From: Mizuhopecten yessoensis
Lineage: Eukaryota
Assembly: GCF_002113885.1 (NCBI RefSeq)
Contig: NW_018408039.1
Span: 100,406-164,405, forward strand
Reading direction: 5' to 3'
DNA length: 64,000 nt
Shown: positions 1-12,933 of the stretch, piece after piece
Layout of the letters: each line of letters starts with the position of its first letter
Position numbering within the stretch: the first letter of the stretch is position 1
Program-made: the position numbers and the translations under genes
The notes under the pieces: generated by a model
What the model saw: the letters and a program-made list of their open reading frames with translations, nothing else
Databases searched by the model: none
What the model was told of the DNA's origin: nothing

Positions 1-332
1 ACTTCGTTCTATAAATAGAAAAGTGTTACAAACCTCGACCTATATATAGAAAAGTGTTACAGACCGCTACTAAAATAGGCCGAGGTAATTTCCCAGACAG
101 TCTTTAAATCTGTTACCATTCACACTACTGAATTCAACTACAGTTCAAATAATTGTTCAAATAATATTTATTTGAAATTAAATATCACATGAATTGAATC
201 TGAAATTCAATTTTTGTGTATGTTATTTTGTATTTGAAGTCCTTCACTCTGTGATTCCAAAATGCTCCATGCCATCCATGTGTTATGAACATGAAAAAAT
301 ATTAATCTTATTGTAAAATGTCATATGATAAA

Positions 333-475
333 ACAATTGTGGACTTCAGTTTCGGTCTATCCCTGATTTACGGACCTGGTCTGAACAATATTCACCTCGG
401 CCTTCAGCCTCTGTGAATATTGTTCAGACCAGGTTCGTAAATCAGGGATAGACCTCACCTGAAGTCCATAATTGT
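333..475. repeat. Long imperfect palindrome (~63-bp arms), probably the end of a non-autonomous DNA element starting at or before the window edge
   Basis: acaattgtggacttcag..ggtctatccctgatttacggacctggtctgaacaatattcac (333-395) is the near-exact reverse complement of 413-475; centre cctcggccttcagcctct. Confidence 0.9.
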
Positions 476-478
476 AAA

Positions 479-1520
479 ACATTAAATGCTGAACTTGCAC
501 ACTATAATTACTGCTGACCTTACAAGATATATAATCAATGTGCACTAACAAGTCACATTAAATGCCGAACTTGCACACTAGCATTGCTGCTGACCTTACA
601 AGATATAATCAATGTGCACTAACAAGTCACATTAAATGCCGATCTTGCACACTATAATTACTGCTGACCTTACATGATACAATCAATGTGCACTAAGAAG
701 TCACATTAAATGCCGAACTTGCACATTATAATTACTGCTGACCTTACAAGATATAATCAATGTTGCATTACAAAGTAATCTTTAATGCCGAACTTCGTAC
801 TTTAATTACTGTTGAACTAACAAGTCACATTAAATGCTGAACTTGCACACTATAATTACTGCTGACCTTACAAGATATAATCAATGTGCACTAACAAGTC
901 ACATCAAATGCCGAACTTGCACACCACAATTACTGGTGATCTTACAAGATATAATCAATGTTGCACTACCAAGTAACATTTAATGCCGAACTTCGTACTT
1001 TAATTACTGTTGAACTAACAAGTCACATTCAATGCTGGACTTACAAGTCACAGCCAATGATTGATATACGAGTCACAGTCAATGATGAACTAACAAGTCA
1101 CAATACATTCTGTATATTTTAAGTTATTGTCAATTCTGAACTTGTAAGTGGCAACGAAAGCTGAACGAAGTCACAGTGAATGCGCTGCGCTATCCATCTA
1201 CAGTTCGTGCTGACTTAACAAGACACAGCAATCATCAAGTTCTCAAGCTAAGATCAATGCTGGATTTTCAACGAGAAGCTTACACTTAACTCCCAAATGA
1301 TAAGCAATTCGGAAATCAATATTCACTCTCAAGGTTGCATTGACAATGGCTACCAAGACAAAGGTTGACTTTCAACTCTTTGCCAATGCGCTGTACCCAA
1401 TATGCCTAGCCAAGTCTGAACTACCAATGCAAAGCTAACGCTAAGCTTATAAGTCAATCCCATTGATACATAGCCGACACTGACCTTACAAGACACAACC
1501 AATGAATTCCAGAGCCAGTG
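479..1520. repeat. Minisatellite: ~74-bp unit built from three ~25-bp subunits, decaying to 25-mers after ~1030
   Basis: Units start at 481, 557 and 631 (attaaatgccgaacttgcacactataattactgctgaccttacaagatataatcaatgtgcactaacaagtcac); subunit core aatgctgaacttacaagtcac. Confidence 0.9.
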
Positions 1521-2034
1521 CGGAACTCTGCAACGCTACGTTAATTGAAAATCAATTAGTATTTTGTTTCACTAAAACTTGATTTCGCGAGTTACGCGAC
1601 ATATGATACATACTTACACTATATGCTATAACTAGTATGAAATAACTTCTATAATTACAACACTTACAGCTGCATTAACTCACGATTCTATCTACTGTAC
1701 GAATTTATTGTGCTTTTATTTCCGATAGGTTCCTATTGATTTAGGCTAGATATTTGAAGAAACCTGACTTTAATTCCGATTTCACAACTATGTATCTATT
1801 TCTAGAATTTTGATTGGCAAAAAATCGCTTACAAAATTTATATCCTGCTGAATCATTCTGTCAACATACACATTGCTTATGTCTGAGAGCACCAAGCAGT
1901 CATATTGGCACTGATGCAGACTAGATAGTGGTTACGATAGGCTAACTTAAACTACGTTCCATCAGTGGAATCATACCATAGGACACAGTTGATAAAGCTA
2001 TGACCGGAACAGGCAGACATTCACTAAACTAAAT

Positions 2035-3995
2035 GCTTCAACGTTCCACTGGTGATCTCACACTTTCTTCTACTTATGATTTAGACATGAGAGTGATGAC
2101 GTCAGACTACTACTACGTTCAACTGGTGGTCTCACACTTTTTACTACTTATGATCTAGACCTGAGAGTGGTGACGTCAAACTGCTAGTACGTTGCACTGG
2201 TGGTCTGACCCTCGCTACTACTTTTGATCTAGATCTGAGAGTGATGACGTCAGACTGCTAGTACGTTGCACTGGTGGTCTGACTCAACCTGCTACTTTTG
2301 ATCTAGACCTGAGAGTGATGACGTCAGACTGCTACTACGTTGAACTTGTGGTCTGACCCTCGCTACTACTTTTGATCTAGACCTGAGAGTGATGACGTCA
2401 GACTGCTTGTACGTTACACTGGTGGTCTGACTCTACCTGTTACTTTTGATCTAGACCTGAGAGTTATGACGTCAGACTGCTAGTACGTTACACTGGTGGT
2501 CTGACTCTACCTGTTACTTTTGATCTAGACCTGAGAGTTATGACGTCAGACTGCTTGTACGTTACACTGGTGGTCTGACTCTACCTGTTACTTTTGATCT
2601 AGACCTGAGAGTTATGACGTCAGACTGCTAGTACGTTACACTGGTGGTCTGACTCTACCTGTTACTTTTGATCTAGACCTGAGAGTTATGACGTCAGACT
2701 GCTAGTACGTTACACTGGTGGTCTGACTCTACCTGTTACTTTTGATCTAGACCTGAGAGTTATGACGTCAGACTACTAGTACGTTGCACTGGTGGTCTGA
2801 CTCTACCTGTTACTTTTGATCTAGACCTGAGAGTTATGACGTCAGACTGCTTGTACGTTACACTGGTGGTCTGACTCTACCTGTTACTTTTGATCTAGAC
2901 CTGAGAGTTATGACGTCAGACTGCTAGTACGTTACACTGGTGGTCTGACTCTACCTGTTACTTTTGATCTAGACCTGAGAGTGATGACGTCAGACTACTA
3001 GTACGTTGCACAGGTGGTCTGACTCTACCTGTTACTTTTGATCTAGACCTGAGAGTTATGACGTCAGACTGCTTGTACGTTACACTGGTGGTCTGACTCT
3101 ACCTGTTACTTTTGATCTAGACCTGAGAGTTATGACGTCAGACTGCTAGTACGTTACACTGGTGGTCTGACTCTACCTGTTACTTTTGATCTAGACCTGA
3201 GAGTGATGACGTCAGACTACTAGTACGTTGCACAGGTGGTCTGACTCTACCTGTTACTTTTGATCTAGACCTGAGAGTTATGACGTCAGACTGCTTGTAC
3301 GTTACACTGGTGGTCTGACTCTACCTGTTACTTTTGATCTAGACCTGAGAGTGATGACGACAGACTGCTACTACGTTGAACTTGTGGTCTCACCCTCGCT
3401 ACTACTTATGATTTACACCTGAGAGTGATGACGTCATACTGTTACCACATTCAATTGGTGGTCTGACCCTCGCTGCTTCTTATGATTTAGACCTGAGAGT
3501 GATGACGTCAGACTACAACTACGTGCAACTGGTGGTCTGACATGCTTCTAGTGTACTTATGACCTATACCTGAGAGTGATGACGTCATACTGCTAGTACG
3601 TTGCACTGGTGGTCTGACTCTACCTGCCATTTTGATCTAGACCTGAGAGTGATAACGTCAGACTGCTACTACGTTGAACTTGTGGTCTCACCCTCGTTAC
3701 TACTTATGATTTACACCTGAGAGTGATGACGTCATACTGTTACCACGTTCAATTGGTGGTGTGACTCTCGCTACTTCTTATGATTTAGACGTGAGAGTGA
3801 TTACGTCAGACTGACACTTCGTTCTTATGGTGGTCTTAAACTATCTACCACTTGTATATTTAAGTCCTGAGAGTAATGACGTCAGACTGCTGGTACTTTG
3901 CACTGGTGGTCTGACACTCCCTGCTACTTATGATTTAGACCTGAGAGTGATCACGCAAGACTGCTTCTACGATCCACTGGTGGTCTTATACTTTA
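2035..3995. repeat. 74-bp tandem satellite, ~26 copies, homogeneous centre and diverged edges
   Basis: Unit gatctagacctgagagttatgacgtcagactgctagtacgttacactggtggtctgactctacctgttactttt; ctagacc at 2451 and 2525 gives period 74. Confidence 0.97.
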
Positions 3996-4347
3996 TACTA
4001 CTCACTGCATATGTGTGTTACGTTCATCTTTCACTATCTTCTGATATTGGACTAAACTTAACAGTGGCTACAACAAGGACAATCCGAAAACGATTAACTG
4101 GTCCAGTGGTTGCACATGTACTATAATCGACCTTACTGTGATCTATATCTACCTGCACAGCGCCCGGGTGTTATTTACTCAGCGTTGGATACAGGGGTAG
4201 TACAGTGTAATAAGTAACATTTTCTCAGGTAGTATTCTTTTTTTTCTGAATTGAGAAATAATCTGGAACAACGATTCTTCCACCGATATATTTTGGGGGT
4301 AAATCGATAATTCATTTTTAAATAGTATTTCACTTCTAATGATACAT

Positions 4348-4397
4348 TGGTTTGGTTTGGTTTAATTTTGTTTAACGTTATATTAACAGCTAAGGTC
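4348..4397 (-). mobile_element. SINE 3'-tail fragment
   Basis: ttggtttggtttggtttaattttgtttaacgttatattaacagctaaggtc matches the tail of the SINE at 43646-43860. Confidence 0.65.
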
Positions 4398-5893
4398 TAC
4401 AATAGACAACGGTTTCGGCAGAGTCGCGTATATGACACCCCGCTGGTAGTTCCTCACCCTCCAATTCTAATGATCACCACTCAATAAAATGAATCAATTC
4501 AGACGTGATGACGGTGCGTTTACAAGGATTGCTTATCTTTATGCGTTTCACTGAAAATGAAATTTGTACTGGAAAATCCGACACATAACAAAATGTTCAT
4601 ATATGTATATCGAAACGCACTAAATATGAATTGGACCAAACAATAATTGGGTTACTCTACAGCAAAGGACGATGGTTAATAGGTGTGACTTCATCAGATA
4701 ATTAATAGTTCACATATATACCTCTATCAGTTTGATGGAATAATGAATCGGTAAGTCTAAACGAACCAGAACTAACTTAACGTTATCATAATGTATTAAT
4801 GGTAAAGAGTCTGTCTTGTAAATAACATATAGAACATAGATAGCATACAACTGTACATTAACAGATAGCATTGGCTAAAATAGAAACTCGAAATCTGAGT
4901 TTTTTTTTATTTGTTTTTGCAACAGCTTATCTTCAAGGATTTCAGAAATTAAATAAACCCATGCTTATGCTTATTGTATGCTGTATACTGATTCAAAGCT
5001 CATGTTTGGCTTATTCAAAACTAGTCGGGACCTAAGGTCAGGTGCCAATCAAATGGCAATATCATCAAGAATAAATTCCAGCATTTAAAGTCAAGAGTTT
5101 CAATTTGTTGAGCATTTATTCTGATCTTTACAAAAAATGTCGATCTTCCGTCGTCATCATTATTAATCAGTAGTTTATCCGCTTTGCGTTTCAGGTTATA
5201 AAACCTTTATGTTAATACATTTATGCAGCACTTATAAGGTTCATTTTAAAATGTTACTTATACATGCCCGAAATTTCAAGGAACCACTGTATTTGTGTGG
5301 TAAAAGTACTCCCTGTTTTTTTTATATAAATCTTTCAATTCTTATTCGCAAAGATTACTTTCTCATTGAGGCTATTTACTGTTATTTACAGCTTTCCACG
5401 AGATATTAGTGCTGTAAAGATGATTTCAATTCAGAATGTGTTCGTATAAAAAATTACACAAGAAACATACTCCAGTCGTTTTTCCCTTTGCGACCTGAAA
5501 TGATCGCCTGCATTTATTTTGATAGAACACTCGCGGATATAAATACAAGCTAAAACAGATTGAATTCAAGTGTTATTATATGTGTACTTACTTGTTATGT
5601 CGATACGATCCATGATGGGACAGTCTATTATGGAGTACTGACCACCAGGGGTAGCCGGCCAGCACGACAATCCATCCCACTGCATATCACAATAGATTCG
5701 TCCGGCATCTGTAACAAAGGAAACGGGGAAATGACATTAACACGCAGACTTTTATTATATAACTACACTGTTATCAGTGTCATAATCCCTAACGCACATT
5801 ATTTTAGATTGTGACGTCGCAAATAGGACAACTTGATGACGTCATTTACTTGGTGCCATCACCAACATTGTTCGGAGTCAAAGTATCGTCGTT

Positions 5894-6510
5894 AAGATTC
5901 CACGTCAGTCCGAGAAAATGTCCTTTTCACGGAAATATTTACAACAGATCTTGGTTACTGTATGACATAAACTCTTCGTTGTGTATAAACATTCATGGTT
6001 TTCGTGGTTGCTATTGAACCATGAAAATAAGTAAAACGAATATGAATGATATACGTGTCTACTATTTTTTAATATAGAATATCCACGAAAGTTTGTGGTA
6101 AAGATTCCATGTCAGTCTGAGAAAAATGTCCCTTTCACGGAAATATTTGCAACAGATCTTGGTTACTGTATGACATAAATTCTTCGTTGTGTATAAACAT
6201 TCATGGTTTTCGTGGTTGCTATTGAACCATGAAATTAAGTAAAACGAAGATGAATGGTAAGTGTCTACTGTTTGTTAATATAGGATATCCACGAAAGTTT
6301 GCGGTAAAGATTCCATGTCAGTTTGAGAAAAATGTCCCTTTCACGGAAATATTCGCAACAGATCTTGGTTACCGTATGACATAAACTCTTCGTTGTGTAT
6401 TAACATTAATGGTTTTCGTGGTGGTTATTGAACCATGAAAATAAGTAAAACGAATATGAATTATATACGTGTCTACTATTTGTTAATATAGGATATCCAC
6501 GAAAGTTTGT
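5894..6510. repeat. Tandem triplication of a ~207-bp unit containing the left part of a MITE
   Basis: aagattcc at 5894, 6101 and 6307; the units are highly similar. Confidence 0.93.
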
Positions 6511-6578
6511 ACCACAAAACGATCTAAATAGCTTCAAACCACGAAAGAAAGTACCCACGAACGTTTCGTCTTATACAG
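6372..6578. mobile_element. Tc1/mariner-type MITE (TA|CTGTA...TACAG ends), complete only in the third triplicated unit
   Basis: Left end ta-ctgtatgacataaactcttcgttg..ggttttcgtgg (ccgtatgac in this copy); right end aaaccacgaaag..cccacgaacgtttcgtcttatacag. Confidence 0.65.
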
Positions 6579-6682
6579 AATACCATAGACGGAAATTTAT
6601 TTTCGTTTTCATTTTATTTGTGATTAATGAACCTTGTCAAGATTGTTGTTTTATTTTAAGCTCTACAGTGGGACGTTAAAAT

Positions 6683-6805
6683 GGGTACTCTGGTTTCCCC
6701 TACATTGAAACCATCTGCACTCTTCCATCCGGGCCGACAGAAGAGTTTATGTTAGCTGATATAGCTTGCTTCGCTATTGTTGTAAAATAGGTAAAGATTT
6801 TATTT
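6683..6805 (+). mobile_element. 5'-truncated V-type SINE (same family as 49986-50220)
   Basis: gggtactctggtttccc...catccgggccgacagaagag...ttgttgtaaaata aligns to 50095-50215. Confidence 0.65.
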
Positions 6806-9051
6806 AAGCACTATATTTAACAATATAGAATATCTCGATCAATTATTAGATATTTAAAAGAGAAGATGAAATTTGTCTTCGGTGGATTATTCCAATTTTA
6901 TTGAGTTCGAAGAAATGAACGCTGCATTTGGTGTAATTGCCATTTTTTATATTTGGGTGTAGAACCAATGTATTCGATCTTAATTAACAATGGAATAACT
7001 TAGAATTCACATGATAAGCACAATATTTGTAGTTTTAAGTAAGTATTCTCTTATGTGGTGTCATGGCATAAGATGATATGTTTCGAATTTGGTACTTGTT
7101 TAGATGGAAATAACATTTTTTCTTCGAATTGTTAGAATCATTATTCGTTAATATACATGTTGTGCACAAATATTCGAACATTTGCTACCTTAATTGTTTT
7201 TTTCAATTCCTTAAGTCTCCAGATATAAAAATTACATTATTATTGGTTCAAACGACCACTTTTGGTTTATTCGATATGCCCTCCAGCACAGGATACTAAA
7301 ACATATCTGTAACCAAAACTCTACTGGAACCACACACTGACCCATACATTAATACGATCGTACATTTTTATTTTCGGGTAATTTTAAATATTTAAAAATT
7401 ATATACATATTTACATGGCATAAAAATTGATTAAACATGAATGATATATGTCCTTCTTTTCCCCAATTAGAGTAAGGATATTTAACAATAATGCCAGAAA
7501 AACATGGCACGTTTGCTTTACTAAGTAGTTTTTTACCCAAGGCCCAATACAGGTTCTAGATATTAGGACCACTTGATCTGTACCTGGATACTCCAGTTCA
7601 TTCCCACATTAAGACACCCCACCAACAAGGGTGATTAATATAGGTTGAAATAACTGGTTTAATAATAATTGTAAAATAAAAAAGCGTATATGTTCTAGAT
7701 ATCCCTTTACGAAAAGTAACATGGAAAAACATGTGCTCTTTTAATATCGAGAGTACTTTAGACTGATCGTAGTAAAACATATCAAAACGTAATGTGTCAT
7801 ACACAAACCATCGAGAAAGGACCTGTCATAAAAGGATTGAAATATTATGTGATTTCTTGGCAATAACTTTAAAAACAAATAACACACCACGATAGCATTT
7901 CAACAAATGTGCAATAAATATCAACATAGTTTGTAATTATCTAAATGTTGAAATCCAGATACACTTCAATGTCAGAAACAATCACTTTGGGGAGTTTAAG
8001 TGGTGATAGATCAAACATTATAAAAACGGTCAAAGAGTTACGTGATTTTATAGAAACAATTATAAAATGATGAAGGAGATAGGATTGCATAGTAGGCTAA
8101 ACACGGTTTAGCATTATTAATGCTTTTAAAATAAATATAATTGACGTCTTACCGGCTCATTAATACAACAATATCATTAAAAGGAGACATAGCAGAAAAC
8201 GGGTAAAGGGACGGCGTGTCTAGGGAACCCCAAATCTACGAAACCAGAAAATGACTCAATCGACACATACACTCGCGCAGTAAAACAGGATTATTACCTA
8301 GAGCCGCACTCATAACTTTCTAATCTTGTTTTCTTTTTTACGTGTAGCGTTGAGTAATTTAGAACGGGTATTTCATGTGATTAACATATATCACTGGTGC
8401 TGTAAACGTTTGAGAGATTTGAGTTGTATGGGATTTGAGCCTTTGGTTACAGTGAAAATCCGACGATATTTTAACGAAACACTATGATCTGATAAACGTT
8501 CATTCCTTATATTTACGTTTCAGGTTTGCCAACACATATAATGAATAGTATTGACTGAAAATTAAAACAAAACTTTTAAAGATGTCATAACGTAGTGTCA
8601 TATTATCAAAAGCAAATTCTTGTTGTATATACATGTATATACCTATGTTTGCAATATGGGATTGATCGTTTTCCATCAAGCAAATGAATTAAATATCATC
8701 ACATGTGTGCAGGTATGTCATTAATTTCCTTTTATAGGTTGTATAATGTATTTTCTTTATAGGACAAAGAATATATTTACATAGTAGCTGCTATATATAT
8801 ATATGTATTCAATATTGAGTGATGATTGTTTACATTTTTCTTAACTCGAGTTATCTTATTTTCAAATTTCGATTGTGGCAACTATGAAAAACATTTGTCA
8901 AGAGTCGTGGAATATCATTCTACCAAAAAGCATATTAAACGTCTTTTTTCGTCGTTTAACTACACCATTATGGAACTATTCCCTTTCGGGAGGCCTCTCT
9001 CTTTTGCATCGATCATTTGTGTGTACCGCCATGATAAAACATTTGCAGGCT

Positions 9052-9095
9052 ATTGTAAAATTATGTTATTGTAAAATTATGTTATTGTAAAATTA
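9052..9095. repeat. 16-bp tandem repeat, ~3 copies
   Basis: (attgtaaaattatgtt)n. Confidence 0.85.
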
Positions 9096-10950
9096 TATAT
9101 TATATGTAATATTGTAATAAATTTTGGTAAATTTCTTAAAAATAACAAGCAATTGACTTAGATCTCTTAAAAGTGCGAAAAACATAGTCTGGTCTTTTCC
9201 GTTCAGATGCTTCTAACCTAGGAACAACCGAAGTCTTTTGACGACTGTTGCCGTTAAGAAACATCGCCGAAATGAAAGACGGGTGGGGTATGTAAGATAA
9301 AAGATAAAGAATAGAGGTCCAAGGTGCTCCAATTCGGGCTTGTATTCCTCAATATCCTTCATGCATAAGACAAGGAGAAAAACCCTGGAACCCTCCATTC
9401 CAATAGACCCATTTCAGACGCCTCTTATGATAATACGCAGCATGTTCTGTTCTTCCTCGAACCGGTGCGTTTGCAAGCATATTCCACAGTTTGGTACAGT
9501 AGTTAGCAAGTTTGTGATGCAAATACATTGATGAATAATTATGGTTTAATATCACGAAAAGGTGCCATCTGCTTGAATTCATTTCCAAATTAGTTGAAAC
9601 GCTTTCCAAATACTTGTTGGTCTTTAATTCTTTTAGCGATATAATTTACAAAAGGAGTTTTATAAAATCGATCTGTTCTATTGTACACCAAATAGCATTT
9701 CGTTGAAAGCGACCACTCAACCTTTTAGCATTTGGAAATCGACTATATTTATGCACATCGAATGGCGTGAGTATCCATAGCAACCACATAATATTTTGAG
9801 CTGACCCAATCACCTATACACAGCTACAGAGACCCTGGATCAATTCATATGAAGATATGGAATTTGTTGGTAAAATATTTTCAGCATTTACAAAGGGCAT
9901 TATCATGTTAAGTATATTTTACTGTTTTGAATTAAATACGTGCGTCAATGTGAATGATAATGAACAAAACTTTTGTGATGAAAGCACTAATCAGTATTAA
10001 CACGATTAAACCTGGTGATGCTCACTACAGATGATTTGTTAATGTAAACGATTAATAACATCGTTTGCAGTTTTATTTGATAAGTTAATGCATTAAATAT
10101 TGCATAAATCTATAAATGTTCGTTTGCAAAAGACATTGAATTTTCCCATTTGGTTGTTTTGTAAGGGAGAAATAAATTACCACATTACAGTTATGGCCTT
10201 ACCGTTATAGTCAAGGGCCGTTAGTTAGTTTTAAATGTCCATGGATCAACTATTGCTTTCTGGTTTTAAAATGTTATTAATATTTACAACTCAGCAAGGC
10301 TTGAATTTCAGAACTACAAAAAAAAAATTAACGAAAAAATATGAGAATACCCAGAGTATATCCAGGTTTTTAAAAACATATCTACCGCGGGAAAAATACG
10401 AAAAATATTCACGAAGACCATTTCAATCATTATGTAAAAAGTTATCATCATCTATTTTTTCGGTGACATCTATGGAGGAAAACGTCATGTTGTCAAAGAT
10501 ATGGCAATGGAGGTGACAACGAAACCAACAGTAACAAGTATGAACATATATAAAATATATAAAAAAGTGTTTTTATTCATATTGCACATCTAACACGATT
10601 ATCTTTTTCAATAAGGCCATGATTGCAATCAAAGTTTCGTTTGATCCGCATTTTTCGAATCCTTGTTTTGTAGGTGGTGTATTCGTCAACATTTGACAAT
10701 CATCCCAGAGATCTATATAAAGGGACAAGAATGTAAATACAGAATCAAATACGACTTATAAAATTAGAAGAACCAATTAAGCACCCCATATAAACGAAAA
10801 ACCGAGATATTTTATTGTTAAAAGTTGAGAATTCGGAACAAGAAATATCTGATGACTGATAATATTTCGTATCCAAAGATAGGTATTTGTTTCTCTAAAT
10901 ATCGTTAACTATGAAATGTGCAATGGTTCATTTGTGTGTAACACCTTTGA

Positions 10951-11285
10951 CATCCTCGATACTCCATGGGTTACGCTCACTTTCGCTCTCTGCACCCCTG
11001 GAATATGTCATTGCAAATTGAAGGCACGCGACTATTTATTTGATTGGTTTCATGTAAGAAATCCTGACCAATCGTTAAGGCTGATACCTGTCCTATGACG
11101 ATTACAGCGGAACGACACCCGACTTCAAAACCGGTCAACTTTACAGTTACGCGACCGACACATTTTTTGTGATGTATCAAAGGATCAATCTAGTTTAACC
11201 CACACTGAGCCTTCGATTTAGCTTTAAAAAAAATTCAGGAGTGCATAAATCGAAAGTGAACGTAAACACTGGAGTATCGAGGATG
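10951..11285. mobile_element. MITE with ~53-bp TIRs and 9-bp TSD (TSD length fits Mutator- or Merlin-type)
   Basis: Left TIR catcctcgatactccatgggttacgctcactttcg; right TIR cgaaagtgaacgtaaacactggagtatcgaggatg; flanks cacctttga (10942-10950) and cacttttga (11286-11294). Confidence 0.85.
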
Positions 11286-11584
11286 CACTTTTGATGACAT
11301 TTTTTTTTATAGATGTGGTCTTTAAGGAAAACTGCATTAAGATAAATATGCATCAGCATTTTATAGTTTGAATAGGGATACATTTCATTATTTGCTAAAC
11401 ATCAAAAATTATATATATTGCTTGTAGTATATTTGGTTCTGAAGGATGAGAATGACACGATATATCCTTTGCATGTAAATCGATACATTACAGGAAACAT
11501 GACAACATTCACTTTGATGACCTACTTTCAAAATATTTTATAACAAAAAGAAAATATTATAATTGATTTTAAAAAGTAGCTTTA

Positions 11585-11775
11585 TTTGCTAAAAAAAAAA
11601 ACAAACTTCTAATTACTTTTTAAAACCAAACAGGTACACTTGCTATTAAAAATCAAAAAGTTATAACAGCTATTAAAAATATAATGTACTCATAATTGCT
11701 GTTAAAAATCAAATACAAGTAGTAATAGCTGAAACTAAAAAAATCAAGAAGCGATAATGATATAAAAAATCTGAA
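11585..11775. repeat. Degenerate A-rich ~28-30-bp tandem repeat
   Basis: Recurring ataa(c/t)(a/t)gct(a/g)ttaaaaat. Confidence 0.5.
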
Positions 11776-12933
11776 ATAGTGAATGCCTAAACGCTATTTT
11801 TGGTTGCATTTCCGCGGTATTTCCGTAATTTCAAGCCCCATTGAAAAGCATATCTTGTTGCATTTCATCAACCGGATATCGCATGCGAACAAGATGATAT
11901 AATGAACCGAACTTATTGCGTTTTGACACGGTCAAAATCCTGTAAGCTAATAATTTGCTCAGCGCTTAGGTCACGTTTATTTTTGAAATCTAAAGGTCTT
12001 CAGTCTCAATATGGCTCGAAGTCTGAAGATATCGTTATAATTGTGCACTGCTTGCACGGACTGGAAACCGCCATTTTGGATCCACCGGATGTAGAACAAC
12101 TGATCACTCTTGTGCATAAACCGCCCCGAGCGTTTATGCAAAGGGCACACTGTTTTTCAGTATATATCGTATATCCCTAAAAGTAATCCTGGTTATTTTG
12201 TTATTTTTCAAATATTTATGTGATATTTTGTTATTAGAATATCATTGATAATCTCTAGACAATACTATTTTTATATTTAACAATTTTTGAAAATAAACTC
12301 AAATAAACATCTGCGTTAAGTTATCGTTCAGACATTCAGACTTTGACAACTTGACACTGAATGTTTTTAATACCGAAAAAAACCCATCATTATATTTCTT
12401 GTTTTGAATGACCACAATTAAAAAGAATCCAATGGTACAAGATTACTGGAACTGGTTATATATATTTCATTTTAGCGTTGGAATACAATATTGATATTAA
12501 AAAACTTCACAATATGATATTGATATTGAATTAGAAATCATTAAAATATAAACTGTTATCAGTCTAGGAGGCTAAGCGCTCGATTAACAGCATGATTGCT
12601 GGTGAGCTAGTAGGCTCGGGCTCGATCCCTCGCGACAAGGACAGCTTGCATCTGGTATTTCCATAATGGTATTGGTATTGGTTATTTCGTGCCAACCATT
12701 GGTAAAATCACCGCAGTTTTTTGTTTAATGTGTATATGTAAAATAATAGAAAAAGGGAAAGAGCGTTGGCAGTCATGAATTCACCAATCGTTTGTTACAA
12801 TCAAAGCCTAAATATCTCTGTTTATGAATCATTAAATGTTTAGAAATATATTGCTGTAGTAGCCAAATATATATTTTAACGTTAAGGTTCAGCACATTTT
12901 TTACACTTTTGATATGTTTCCTCATAGGTTGAA

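Noticed and set aside
2035-3995. CRISPR-like array
   Set aside because: Contiguous tandem units with no unique spacers, no cas genes and a eukaryotic context. The same applies to the 479-1520 and 36812-38619 arrays.
9200-9700. Decayed LINE RT on the minus strand (fragments FVNYIAKRIK, VEYAC, EQNMLRII)
   Set aside because: Short resemblances spread over different frames with many stops; needs tBLASTn or an HMM search to support.
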